In this document: positions 22,601 through 33,149 of the stretch, one piece after another
Position numbering within the stretch: position 1 is the stretch's first letter
Layout of the letters: every line of letters starts with the position of its first letter
NCBI GenBank assembly: GCA_027923505.1
Contig: BROI01000032.1
Coordinates: 62,001-126,000 of the forward strand
Direction: 5' to 3'
Length of the DNA: 64,000 bases
DNA from: Mayamaea pseudoterrestris
Lineage: Eukaryota
Made by a program: the position numbers and the translations under genes
The notes under the pieces: generated by a model
What the model was told of the DNA's origin: nothing
Database searches by the model: none
What the model saw: only the letters and a program-made list of their open reading frames with translations

Positions 22601-23981
22601 TTGTTTGCCGGTAGGGACACGGATAAGCGCTGACGGATGGGCTGTTACGTTGCAGAACTTTGTCGTGCCCCGCGCTGACGCTGCATCGGAAAGTGGCGAG
22701 GAAGCTCCTCTCTATGGTGTGTCGCTGGTGTTTCAGAAAGTGTCCTCAGCGTTGACTTCCGAGCACGTCAAAATTAATGAGGGCTCTGTGGTTGATGCAC
22801 ATGATGATTTGCCACTTTTTAATCAGCGGCTGCATGAAGAATCTTGGATAGACTGGTCGTCGACAATTGCAGATCGATGCATTGGGATTGCGTTGGTTAG
22901 TCAAAGGAACACGATGCTATCAATGCGCGATACCCTTTCGCGCATTTTACAAACACACGCGTCGAGGGAAGGATGCGCCGACAGAGTATGCTTGGGTCTT
23001 ATCAATATTCTTGGAAATTTTCGACACGCGGATATTGAGCCACAAGCTATTTTGTCTATCTTTAGATCGCCGATGGATATTGCGTTATCACCATGGCGCG
23101 AATTGCCAAACACGGCGCAAGCGGAAGAGTTCGAACAGGTTTCTGGCCGGCATCTTCTTGAGAGTCTTCCGCCAATTCCGCTGGCACTGCTATTTACTAC
23201 TGCTCTGCTTGAGCAAAAGATCGTGTTTACTTCCAGTCGTCGCAGTCTTCTTCTATCGGCAACTACGGCCTTGAGCAAGCTTTTGCGGCCGCTTCGATGG
23301 TGGCATTTGATGGTTCCTTGTGTGCCGGCTTCCTTAGCCGGCGACTTGCTTCAGTACCCTGCACCTTTCATTCTTGGCATGTCGACGGAAGACTCTGGAA
23401 TCATGGAACACATACGGGATTTGCCACGTGATGTAACGCTGGTTGATTTGGACGTTGGTCGCGTTATCCTTGCTCCATCATTTGCTAAAGATTGCGAGCT
23501 TGGCCGTGGTGTGCCTAACAACGTGGATACGTCTCGAGCATTGCGACAGCAAGTGCTTTTCATGAGCCAGGCGCTGGGCGGTGTGTTTGGTTCAGTAATC
23601 TACCCGGATACATGGGGTATCGACGGACCGGAAGCAAATGTTTCACATGTTGGGACAGCATTCGATCGCCTGTGCAATGTCTGCCGCGAGTTTGTTGATG
23701 AACTCCTGGCTGGCACCGGATCGTGCTGCTACTGGATTGAGGAAGCTAATGCTACGGAAGCAGTCGAACCCACGGTTCTTTTTGACGAAGACAGATTTTT
23801 CCATGTAAAGAATTTGCGGGCAAGCGAGGGATTTGCGCCGCTGTTTGGTATGCCGAATTCCAGCAAGCTTGCGATTACATTGGAAGACTTTGATCTCATA
23901 CTAGAAGTCTTTTTGCGCTGTCAAAGCATGAACGTGTACATTGGATCTCGCAACAAGAACCAAATGGCACTATCGCTTTGA
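19614..23981 (+). CDS. PDZ + RGS-like + DENN domain protein (putative Rab GEF)
   Basis: PDZ: RGMLGVNL…VYVDYLVQGGAAD…VGDLLQKVG. RGS-like: FLARHL…LMLFCELVNY…ANSIAYKFF…FLSFLTSPE. cDENN: ALLEQKIVFTS…LRPLRWWHLMVP…PAPFILG…VDLD. Confidence 0.8.
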   Translation: MEAPSGSIEQKVATDMEELEPMESRVLEMEPTDENPEESNDEAMTKVDEAIAAPSEAASIKEETMKAPETPASRKEAILGRLSKWRMNSPVVDNLITTTQRRVASTGVFASPLSSARLSPAHSTPNKNDLKQDTSKNDTKKESYFVPQNDQSLLEEEYDDDDDSSAAETASDAGSFVSQSTRTSGGSSTFHLAWAAASVVDSVQTQFRGRYASGGTNAKTLLHPNMMAHPSSKSMTTTNTQLSRMLSSSQHNHIQTLVNDLASHQYMMLLGRGMLGVNLKQCYLRNAGVYVDYLVQGGAADQTRHVYVGDLLQKVGSASVEKGTILEIPKQIANAKRPLHLIWATGTPTSAERMTAIDVCVGLMHHNQMQRKVYDEEEDEDDDDAAEFKEPGVVVDSTGDSSQFTNGSDFVEEKKSQEEAEPAALEQTQSGGSDVSTKADTGHADLRNMSISVKNESRLKNNVEDTQTNIEITYSHSIDGICNPIPLSLQVRHALQGHATKRNHEGFDALDLVQAAGSDANFYAAIQHGFLECVADVRRFPFLARHLSMLEDVHSDPDHESSNAVKSPNAMLMLFCELVNYMDLYLVTPDERKLEIANSIAYKFFLPTRLGNELVPPMFDFHQIAPDMSLRKLEAALHANDKTAVPRDIFFDFATAAMDSLTGYPFLSFLTSPECARMRAYLRNVAPFMNLPLDQVLTAASTDPSAKNYIYYIILFLLSLTDKEGFGEHDDLLSKGDGVRVEHAVGGICAALFINSELLPALAKAEDDATIIHRYEQLWEHFVDPNCGALEILPHTGGAIDSLKVLRLSLDRIKSSFASASGTVDERRQQLVTSLVDSSMKGLLADLANDLAFEYAANLHPKFREHKFHEWLCSEMALGKNDNDKCLALSDLANGCIKRLLRKTNLPNGVAPHKPTHINDDVSHSGEATSAGSKHIVAEYAVIFGSADQSQESKHSVQRYACQLLIPERNGLTPDDVPATLESYAIMSPLQSKPFNCLPVGTRISADGWAVTLQNFVVPRADAASESGEEAPLYGVSLVFQKVSSALTSEHVKINEGSVVDAHDDLPLFNQRLHEESWIDWSSTIADRCIGIALVSQRNTMLSMRDTLSRILQTHASREGCADRVCLGLINILGNFRHADIEPQAILSIFRSPMDIALSPWRELPNTAQAEEFEQVSGRHLLESLPPIPLALLFTTALLEQKIVFTSSRRSLLLSATTALSKLLRPLRWWHLMVPCVPASLAGDLLQYPAPFILGMSTEDSGIMEHIRDLPRDVTLVDLDVGRVILAPSFAKDCELGRGVPNNVDTSRALRQQVLFMSQALGGVFGSVIYPDTWGIDGPEANVSHVGTAFDRLCNVCREFVDELLAGTGSCCYWIEEANATEAVEPTVLFDEDRFFHVKNLRASEGFAPLFGMPNSSKLAITLEDFDLILEVFLRCQSMNVYIGSRNKNQMALSL

Positions 23982-24133
23982 ACCACCGTAGAAGTCATCG
24001 ACAATGAGTAAAGATTAAAATATAGTTAGGCAAATCGATACAGTCACACGGCGTATACACATTTATGCATGCTCGCTTCTGGACAAGTTTAGAGGTAGCT
24101 CTTTCGCTCCTTGCGCAAATGACCATCCCCTTT

Positions 24134-25533
24134 TTACGTTAAATGGCTATTATCGTGGTGCATCCGGAGATGAAACTGCTGCGGACTGGCTGTAACAACT
24201 TGAGACTCTGGAGTAGGTCGCTGTGAGTTAGGGGTTGTCATAGCAAGACGCTTGTTCGCATTTTGTGGTAACTTGGTAGTGTGCACGTTTGCTGCATTTG
24301 GAGCAACATTCTCTTCCGATGCTCGACGATGCATTGCTTTCGTGACAGGCGGTGGTGCATCCCTTGAAAGAGAGGAAGCAGAAGCCGACAATTGCGAAGT
24401 CGTCCAATCTAACGCGCCAGGAATACTGCCATTGCAAACAAACTCGTGCTGCAATGCAGCTTCGCTCGTCAAACGATGTTCGGGGTCCAAGGCAAGTGAT
24501 TGAAAACAAAAGTCATTGGCCGCAAACGAGACTGCCTGTGTGCGAGAGTCGGCCATGATCAGTTCCACCCGCGCTCGTGGACATTTCAAATGCGCCGCCG
24601 GAGATTGCTGGTCTCGCGTCTGTGCGATAAAGCTTCCCGGATATTGTGCAGTCATTGTCGCCGGTAAGGGTCCAAGTAAATTCACAATGAGCTGGAGCTG
24701 ATGGAGCTCGCTTTGACCAGGAAACAATGGTCGCAGTCGAAATAGTTCCGTGACGATGCAACCCATGGCAAAAATATCCATGCTCGTATTGTACGCGTGC
24801 TGCGTTGATAAACTTGTCGCTGTCATGTTGCGCGCAATGCTTCCCAGCAATACTTCCGGCGCTCGATACCAGCGAGTTGAAATGTAGGCAGTCAATGGGT
24901 GCGTCGCTTCGTGAGGACCGCGCGCCAGCGAAAAGTCGGCAAGCTTTAGAATGATGCTTCCATCGCGGCGACGGCAGATGCAAAAGTTCTCCGGCTTGAC
25001 GTCGCGATGAATGTAGAACAGTCGGTGCAAGTGTGCGAGGCCTTGAAAGGCTTGGTTTGTCAGCGAGACAATGACTTGTTCGGGAATTGATGTTCGATTC
25101 GCCCGATTCTCCATAATGAAGTCATGCAAGCTTCCGTCTGTCATGTACTCAAATACAAAACTGACGAGACCGTCCTGGGATCGAATGACTTCAATTAGGG
25201 CGACAATGGACGGGTGCCGATTGAGGCGCATCAAGCTCTGAAGCTCACGCATCTTGATTAAGTCTTTCCATGGAAGCGACTCTTTTAAAATCTTGATAGC
25301 GTACTTGAAAGATAAAAGTATAGTAGAGATCAAGTGAGCAAGTGATTTGGTATTAGCTAAGCCGCAATAATTGCAAAGGTCGAGCGGTCGCTCCAACAAG
25401 CAGCGACATCTGTGGCGGCATTGGCAATGACAAATGACGATCGTACCTTCTCGTGCGTCTCCTTGTTTACAGCTAAATGAACTGTCCCGAATGATCCTTC
25501 ACCCAAGACATTGGTTATCTGATAGCGGTTCAT
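24134..25533 (-). CDS. CMGC Ser/Thr kinase, MAK/ICK/MOK (RCK)-like; 2 exons
   Basis: Exon 1 at 25533-25447 encodes MNRYQITNVLGEGSFGTVHLAVNKETHEK. The intron at 25304-25446 leads to YAIK. HRDVKPEN, DFS and the TAY activation loop followed by ISTRWYRAPE are present. Confidence 0.85.
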
Positions 25534-26573
25534 GATAATTAGTCAGGCAGATGATTATGCGAGAGCATTAAATGGCCAAGGGGACGTCATTGTGGACGAG
25601 CCGAACACGACGCTTATCGCGTGTGACAAAACTCTCAGCGGTTTAAGAATGATAACCGGTACGACACTTGACTTCGCTGGTCATGCATTCTCTCCATCTA
25701 GAATCGAATGTGCATCGTTCGAATGCTATACTAGCCCAGCAATCACCTTTGCCTGCTATATTTTTATCAAGCAAGCCAACATGAAGCCCGAGCCTTTGCT
25801 CGTCAGGTCTTAGGATCCGTATCTGCTTTTGTTCTTTGTTGTTTTGCGTTACTCATCGGCTCATCGCCACCATCGCCATTCAGGAAATTCACAAGAACGC
25901 AAGAAAATGGCTCCGATCTTTAAAAAAAAAGCTCAAAAGTGGGTGATGTCGAAATTGGAAGTCTAGAAAACGCAAACGACTGTAGTAACAGTCGAAAAAC
26001 CGAATCTTTCGTTCCTCAGCACTTCCTCGCAAGGTAGGCTTTCAATAAATATCCAAATTTTGATCGAATACGACGACAAACACGGAGATGTCGAATGCGC
26101 CTCGAAGCTTTCGGAAGAACAAAGCACTCTGCTCGTGGGTCCAGAAGCAGCGCTGAATTTATTGCTTCCAGAAAGACGGATCACACTCGAGAAATTGGAT
26201 TTGTTTCGAAGCGAAAGAGCGATTATGCAACCCCTGACAGGAAATATAGTGTCTCCGCAATATGTGATAACATAACGACTGCAATGTGCCTCGGATTTCT
26301 ATTAAATTCTCTGTCGTTTTGGTCGCTATGCCGAGTCGTTTCCGAATGCTGCGAGTAGGAGGAGCTACGAAACGATGGAACAGTTTCCCTTTATACAGGC
26401 GACTATTGCGCAAGATAGGAGTAACAAACATAGTATGCCTTATTAAGCGAATTTGTATAACTTGAGTAATCTTTACTACGAAAAATATTCGACTTTGAGC
26501 TGCTCACTGGATCATCATGCCCAAATCCTTGCACTTGTTATGCGCACTCATGTGAGTCATCTTGATTGCGTCC

Positions 26574-29441
26574 TCATTCTTGGTTATCTGCCTCCGGTGT
26601 CATAGCCCGCACCTTGACTCTCACCTTGATCCTGGTCGCTTTACTTAATTGGTCGGTGTTTGGCGAGCCAATAAATTGTTCGCTCGCCGTGCAGATCGGT
26701 AAAGCTGACCGACTATTTATCGAACGTTGGCTTCCATTCTTAACGCGTGGTCGAGATAAAGACCGTCGCGCTAATTGACTGTCCTCTGTTTCTAATGTGA
26801 GCGGACGCCGAATACGGACAGCAATGCGTTGGGCGGTCGACGGCACTGATGTCTTGGAAAGAGCAATTGGCAGCTTTACTTTGTCGCCGAAATCTGACGA
26901 AGAGATATCGCGTGCAGATCCTTTTCGAAAAGCTTCCTTGACGACCTTTAAGATATTCTGAGCTTTGCTTTTTGCGTTCGGAGAGTCGGTGACTTGTATT
27001 TGAGACTGGTTTGAAATGACATTGTTTATTGGTGCGCTTTGACTCTGAGGTGGAGAGCGAGGCAAACTTTTGGAACGTTTATTGGAATTCTGGGTACTCT
27101 TTTGCGGCGACGAGCGACTGCGAAGTTGGCCATTGGTAGCTGAGGAGGCAGTCGCTCGTCCACGACCCGCAATCTTCGCCTTTTGCAATATTTCAGGCGG
27201 AGGAATTGCTTCGCAGTGGTGCACTGCAGAACTGTTGCCGACGCAAAGAGTCGCGCTGCGTAAGGGTCCATTCGAGGTAACAGCTGCATTTTTCGGGCTA
27301 CCGTCAGATTGCCGCCTTTGGGTGCATTGTTCCTTTTTCTTTTTCTTTTTGGGCTGAAGATCTGTTGTCTCAATCAGTGAGTTCAGGCCGTACGAATGTC
27401 CCTTGGCACGCAATTGAGTTTCTGCTGTTGGGCTGCCGCTTGATTCCGCAGCAGAAGGCAATGTAGTAGCCTCGGCGCCTCGAACTACCTTTTTTACGAC
27501 AGGTCCAGCTTTCGCCCCGCCGCTCTTGCGACTTACTGCGCTAGTAGCGGATTTCTCGGCGGAACTTTTGACTGATCGCCCTCCGCGGCCACTGGATGAT
27601 GCATTGCGCTGGTCCAGCAGTGTTGACAACTTCTTCGGCGCCTTTTCGCTAATAGCGTCACTGACAAGCTCGCGGCATAAGGGCACGCGATTGCGATTAT
27701 TGACGCGGGACGTTGTTTCGGAGCTAGTGCTTTTGCCGCAGTTACGTTTGGAACGTCGACTGGATATACTCTTGCCTCCAGAAAGCTGATGGGTGTGAAT
27801 TTGTGCTTGTTCTTCCAAATGGCGCTGAAGCATGGAGTTTTGTGTCTTTATACGTGAAGGTAGCAAGTCAGGATTGCCGCTTTTTGACGATGGCGAATGG
27901 GGACAGTTATTGACTTCCGCCGAAGGAGGGTCTTGACACCATGGATTCGTGTCATCTATTTGAGTATGCTGCGGTTCAACTGTCAGCACTATTGGTGGAA
28001 GACTTGCCATGTCATTTTCAGTTTGCCCGACTGCAGCGACTACACTGCCTCGTCGACAAGGCCGCTCCGGCGGACGCGTCGGGTTATTGCGACTTGATTG
28101 GTCCGTCGATGCATCATCCGATCGTTTTCCGCTAAACACAGTTGACGAAAGCGACGAGGAGAGTGCATCAATTTGAGTGGAGTGCATTGACACCGATTGA
28201 CAGTCCTGCGTATGTGGCTCCCATCGGCTATGATTCGGATTCTTGAAGATCTTTATGCTGTCGTCATCGGTGCTTGATGTATCTGCGTAGGTTTGTTCAG
28301 TAGCTGTCTCTATATCAACCACATGAGGTGCAGCTGTGACAATTGATCTCCTGTCGTCGACCTGCCTCTCGGCACTTCCATTACAAACTCCGTTTGCGAC
28401 AATCATACTCTTGAGCTTTGCTTCCGCTCGATACCGGTCCATCGCCTGCTGAAGCGCTTCTCGAGGAATATATTGAAGTAGCTCCATGGGCGCGATTCCA
28501 AGCTCATGCAACCGAAATGAAATTGTTTGATTCGGGCCCTTTTGTGAAGATACATCAGAGCTTAATGTTGAGACGAGACTCTGGCGGCGCCTTGGAACAT
28601 TCATGGGCGCTACAGAACGCTGCTCTGTTGCAGTTGGGTTAAAGGCTTTATTATCCATGTTTATGGAAGGAGCTTCCGATGCGTCGTGTTGCGCCGTTGA
28701 AAAAGAAGGCTTTCGTCCTTTGCGTGCCGCGGTGATTGCTGGCACGGTTGCACCGCCTTTCAATCCAGCCTTCTTTGGCTTGGATGACGCAGTTGCCGAC
28801 AGAAAGCAAAATACTTCGTCACTATCATGCGCGAATGTAGCTAGAGAATCTACCAACGAATCAATGTTTGAATCGATTGTCCAGTCCATCAAGTCGGCAA
28901 AGTCCAATGAATCGATAGATTGTGTTCGAAGTGGAACGCGGCTCGCTTGTTGTGGTGACATTGCCTTTATCACCGTTGTTGTCATATTACCATTTACATC
29001 ATACTCAACAGGCGAAACATAGTCTTCGTACTCGTCTCCTTGCTGCGCATGTTTCTCGGCATCGTTGGCTGATGATCCACTACGTCTATCATCCGATCCA
29101 CCATGTGATTGCGAGACATTTTCCTTGATAAGTTCATTCACGTTGATGCAAGCCGCCGCAGAAATCACTGCAGGAGAAGCAATGAACAGTGCCGAGTAGT
29201 TTGTCGTTCCAGTCGTCTCCGCGGTACTTGTCGTGAGTGCTTCGGTCGCGACCGACTGTACATCCGATGCAAGGTCTTTCATGCTGCTGCCGGCGGGAGA
29301 TTTACCAAGCTGAAGCTTCTTGTTGATGATATGATTGGTTGCTGCTAAGGCCATCGTCCAAGGCTCTTCCTCAATGGCAGTGGATTGCATGGTGCTTCTG
29401 GAAGACGTGGAAAGCAATCGTAGTAAGCTACTCTCGGCCAT
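26574..29441 (-). CDS. Large Ser/Thr/Lys-rich low-complexity hypothetical protein
   Basis: 955-aa uninterrupted ORF with disordered composition. No family recognised. Confidence 0.7.
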   Translation of the reverse strand: MAESSLLRLLSTSSRSTMQSTAIEEEPWTMALAATNHIINKKLQLGKSPAGSSMKDLASDVQSVATEALTTSTAETTGTTNYSALFIASPAVISAAACINVNELIKENVSQSHGGSDDRRSGSSANDAEKHAQQGDEYEDYVSPVEYDVNGNMTTTVIKAMSPQQASRVPLRTQSIDSLDFADLMDWTIDSNIDSLVDSLATFAHDSDEVFCFLSATASSKPKKAGLKGGATVPAITAARKGRKPSFSTAQHDASEAPSINMDNKAFNPTATEQRSVAPMNVPRRRQSLVSTLSSDVSSQKGPNQTISFRLHELGIAPMELLQYIPREALQQAMDRYRAEAKLKSMIVANGVCNGSAERQVDDRRSIVTAAPHVVDIETATEQTYADTSSTDDDSIKIFKNPNHSRWEPHTQDCQSVSMHSTQIDALSSSLSSTVFSGKRSDDASTDQSSRNNPTRPPERPCRRGSVVAAVGQTENDMASLPPIVLTVEPQHTQIDDTNPWCQDPPSAEVNNCPHSPSSKSGNPDLLPSRIKTQNSMLQRHLEEQAQIHTHQLSGGKSISSRRSKRNCGKSTSSETTSRVNNRNRVPLCRELVSDAISEKAPKKLSTLLDQRNASSSGRGGRSVKSSAEKSATSAVSRKSGGAKAGPVVKKVVRGAEATTLPSAAESSGSPTAETQLRAKGHSYGLNSLIETTDLQPKKKKKKEQCTQRRQSDGSPKNAAVTSNGPLRSATLCVGNSSAVHHCEAIPPPEILQKAKIAGRGRATASSATNGQLRSRSSPQKSTQNSNKRSKSLPRSPPQSQSAPINNVISNQSQIQVTDSPNAKSKAQNILKVVKEAFRKGSARDISSSDFGDKVKLPIALSKTSVPSTAQRIAVRIRRPLTLETEDSQLARRSLSRPRVKNGSQRSINSRSALPICTASEQFIGSPNTDQLSKATRIKVRVKVRAMTPEADNQE

Positions 29442-30070
29442 GCTCCTCGTAGTTGAAGGACGAATTGCCCTTGGTCAATATGGTTGATGGTTGAGCGAAG
29501 CCTCACTCACTGGGTCGACGATTTTGTCGTAAGCTGTGACTCTCCTTCCAGTATGATCGAGAAACCTGCCGATGAGCAGACGCAGTTTGTGGATTTAATA
29601 GTATAAGTGAGAGAAAACAAACTATCCAGCCGAGGCAGCAGCAACCGACCGACGTTGTGGTTTGCTTTCTGCAGTTTCAAGGCAATTGCTTTCAACGCGA
29701 CGGAGCCACGATCGCTGCCCTTTTCATGGCAATAAATTTTCAGTCGTGTCTGATTTCATTGAATAACGAAACACATGGCCAAGAAACCAGTATGACTGTG
29801 ATATGTTGTACACAAGTACTGAGTGACGAGTTTTGAAAAGTATCAAAGCTGGATGTCAAAAAAGACAACTACACTTTCAACTATAGTAAACAATACAAGT
29901 CATTTCTACGACTAGTCTCTATTATTGCCATATCTTGATCCTACAATATTGCCCTATGGAAAGGCCCAAACCCTGTCTAACGGTACGACACGAAAATTCT
30001 GCGACGAGAACCGAAGAGCTGCATCAACGCGTGGATTCACAGTCATGTCATTTGTGTTCCGCCATCAACC

Positions 30071-30829
30071 ATGAGCGGCTCCTATGATCAATATTTCGTT
30101 TCCTTTCGCAATGGCTTGGTCGTCGCCATAGCCACGGTACTCGTGACGGTTTTGCTTGAAGCAATCTCCTGTCGAACCGTCGGCGACCTCTTGACGAAGC
30201 ATCCCAGGGGCCGAACGCTTTACACGAAAGCTGTCACGCTGAACCTTGTCAATCACATTTTGTTTGGAGTCCCCATTTACGTCTTGTCGGAATCATTATT
30301 CTGCAAAAACCGCGACTTTGTTGATTGGACCTACGCAGAGCTGTCGTGGTCGATGCTGCGGATCTTTGCGATTGTACTTTTCCATTCGATTGGCTACTAC
30401 TTTGTGCACAAGGCCATGCACACAGTTCCAGGTTTATACAAGTTTCATGCGTTTCATCATCGGTTCAAGGACTTTATTCCGCCTTCGGCCGCTAATGCTG
30501 TCAGTCCAGCCGAATATGTCGTTGCGTACATTCTCCCATTTGCGGTTGGAGCTGGCATTGCACGCCCAAGCATTTTCGAATTGCAATCTGCCGTCTGCAT
30601 TGTTTCGCTATTTAATTTGCTGGTTCACATGCCTGCCATGGAAGCTTTCAGTTCATACTTTGAGCCACACTGTGTCTCGGCGAGTAGTCATAAGCGTCAT
30701 CATACGTCCTTGACATGCAACTATGCCGCACCGACGATGAATCTGGACATGATTTCCAACGAAATGGCTCGTTTTGCACGCGGCGCTCGCAACATGTTTG
30801 CGACATCAACGATGACAAAGACTGATTGA
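30071..30829 (+). CDS. Fatty acid hydroxylase / sterol desaturase superfamily membrane enzyme
   Basis: His boxes HKAMH, HAFHH and HKRHH followed by NY, with several TM helices. Confidence 0.85.
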   Translation: MSGSYDQYFVSFRNGLVVAIATVLVTVLLEAISCRTVGDLLTKHPRGRTLYTKAVTLNLVNHILFGVPIYVLSESLFCKNRDFVDWTYAELSWSMLRIFAIVLFHSIGYYFVHKAMHTVPGLYKFHAFHHRFKDFIPPSAANAVSPAEYVVAYILPFAVGAGIARPSIFELQSAVCIVSLFNLLVHMPAMEAFSSYFEPHCVSASSHKRHHTSLTCNYAAPTMNLDMISNEMARFARGARNMFATSTMTKTD

Positions 30830-31134
30830 AAGCTAGAAGTACTATTGAGTCATTGAGTGAAATGATTTATAACTAATTTACATTATCAATGCAATTGCGC
30901 GTATGTATACAATTCGTCTTCAACAGTGCCAATCCGGACTTTCGAAAACATAATTCTTTTGGTGTAGAATGTATACATGGCATACTTTGATCACGCCGCC
31001 GTCACTGATAAAGTAATTCAGCAATCAATGCACGCATTCAAAGGCGAAAAACCACAAAGTAAAGAGCTCGCATAAAGTACCACTACGGTAGGCAGCATTT
31101 GGCCGCCGAGCAACTTCCTTTGCGAGAAATACAA

Positions 31135-32712
31135 TTACAAGGCGGCACGAGGTGAAACCCACGGTTTCTCGACTCCCATCGTTTCGAGGTACATCGTTCG
31201 CGAAGGCGGACCGTCACTGCCTTTGTCGTAAATCTCGGGCTGGCGATTATCTGATTCAATTTGTTGCAGGACAGGAGTAAAAATCTTCCAGGCAAGCAGT
31301 AGCTCCTCGGCATGAACAAAGTTCTCGTGACGACCTCGCAAAACATGCAGTAGCAAGCGTGCATATGCACTAGGCACCGCACCACCGTTCGCGTAGTCAA
31401 ACCCCATGCGCGTCGTCGTCAGAGCATCCGAAAAACCAGGAATTTTCACGACAGTGTCGATATAGACAGCTGGATTAGGCTGGACGCGCATGGCCAATAC
31501 GTTTGTCAAGTTGCCCACAAGATGAAACCGAATTTCACATAAATGCTCGTCGAGGGCCTTCCCTGCCTCCAGAACAAAAGGCACTCCTTCCCAAGCTTCA
31601 GTATCGACCCAACACCGAGCGACAGCATACGTTGGCGTAATAGATTTTTTATTCAATATGGATGGGTCGTCCGAATAGCCTTCGTATTGGCCGAGTAATG
31701 TATCTTGAGCCGTAATTGGACGTATACGCTCTAGCAGGGCGACCTTTGCTGCAACAATCGCACGACTTGACAAGCTTGCCGGCAGGTCCAATGCGACAAG
31801 CACCAAAAGCTGCATCAGATGATTTTGAACAACATCTCGGATGATACCATAGTCGTCAAAGAAGCCTCCGCGAGCATTCAGATCGATTGCTTCCTTCCAT
31901 ACAATATGAACAGACTGAACGACATGGTTGTTCAAAATGTGCCCAAGCCATGGATTTTCAGATCGCAACGTAAAAAGGTTTTGTACCATTTCTTTGCCCA
32001 GATAATGGTCAATGCGAAACAATTGGTCTTTGTCCCACCCTTGTGCCATCAGCTCCTCAAGCATTTCGCGGCAACTGTCGTAGTCGCGACCAAAAGGTTT
32101 CTCTAAAACGATGCGGACAAGCCCATTGGCATGTTTTGTCTGCTCCGACAAAGCTACTTTCACTGCAAACGTAGCTTCGCTGAAGACATGCGGAGGAACA
32201 GCCAGATACACGAGTAAATTGTGGTAATCACGCGTTTGCAAAATCATCGACAAGGTGTCCGAGTCACCGTAGCCAACGCCACTGCTATAAAAGCACCGTG
32301 AGAGAAACGCATTCACGTCATTCGATCCCTCCTCCATGGCAGACACATTTTTCATCAACACTGGTCGAATCATGGAACGAAGCGCATCGTGACCAAGCTT
32401 GCTCCGCGCAAATCCATGAATAATGGTGTTTTGGGGTAGTATCCGCGCACCCCATAGTTCAAACAGCGCTGGAAAGGTTTTGTTTTTTGCCAAGTCTCCA
32501 GAAGCACCCATAACAAGAATCAACAATGGTTCCTGTTTGAACGGAACGAGAGATATAACAAATCAGACTGTCGATCGCAACCTTAAATATGGCACCAAAG
32601 GCAATTTTAGTCCCCAACGCAAAGCGCGTAGTATATGCTACGAGTTTCTTACATTATACCATGACTCATTTTGGACAAGCATATGCACGTCTTCCGCTAC
32701 TGTCGACGGCAT
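31135..32712 (-). CDS. G6PD: Glucose-6-phosphate 1-dehydrogenase; 2 exons
   Basis: GASGDLA, LEKPFG, RIDHYLGKE and IIRDVVQNHL are present. A 20-codon exon 1 (32712-32653, MPSTVAEDVHMLVQNESWYN) is spliced via the intron at 32533-32652. Confidence 0.92.
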
Positions 32713-33149
32713 GATGCTAAAATTAAAGATCGGACCTTGAAAGCTTATCCTTGTCCGCTGGCTCAGCAACTAACACGATAGACTTTTCACCACAAGCTAT
32801 TGTTTGCTCCCAATCAGCAAACACTTTTGCATACAAACGACTTGTCCATGTGCTCTTTCCAAAACTGTATCAGGTCTCAGGTCGCAGCCGCTCGATGCTT
32901 GCTGTTGGCAGCAGCTGTTTATACACAACCCCGTTTGAATTCACAGTCAAGCTTGATTTGTTGATGATTGTGCGCGTGTCTATGAGTGTATTTTAACAAT
33001 TCGTTGCGTCGGGTCTAATTTTTCACTCTTTTTACAAGCGAACTTGGTCAACTTTGTGAGAAGCTGGCCTCAACTTTCGACGACTGCTGATCTCGGAGAG
33101 AGACAGACGTCGTAGCGCGACTAAGAGTAACGCTGCGATACGGAATGCC

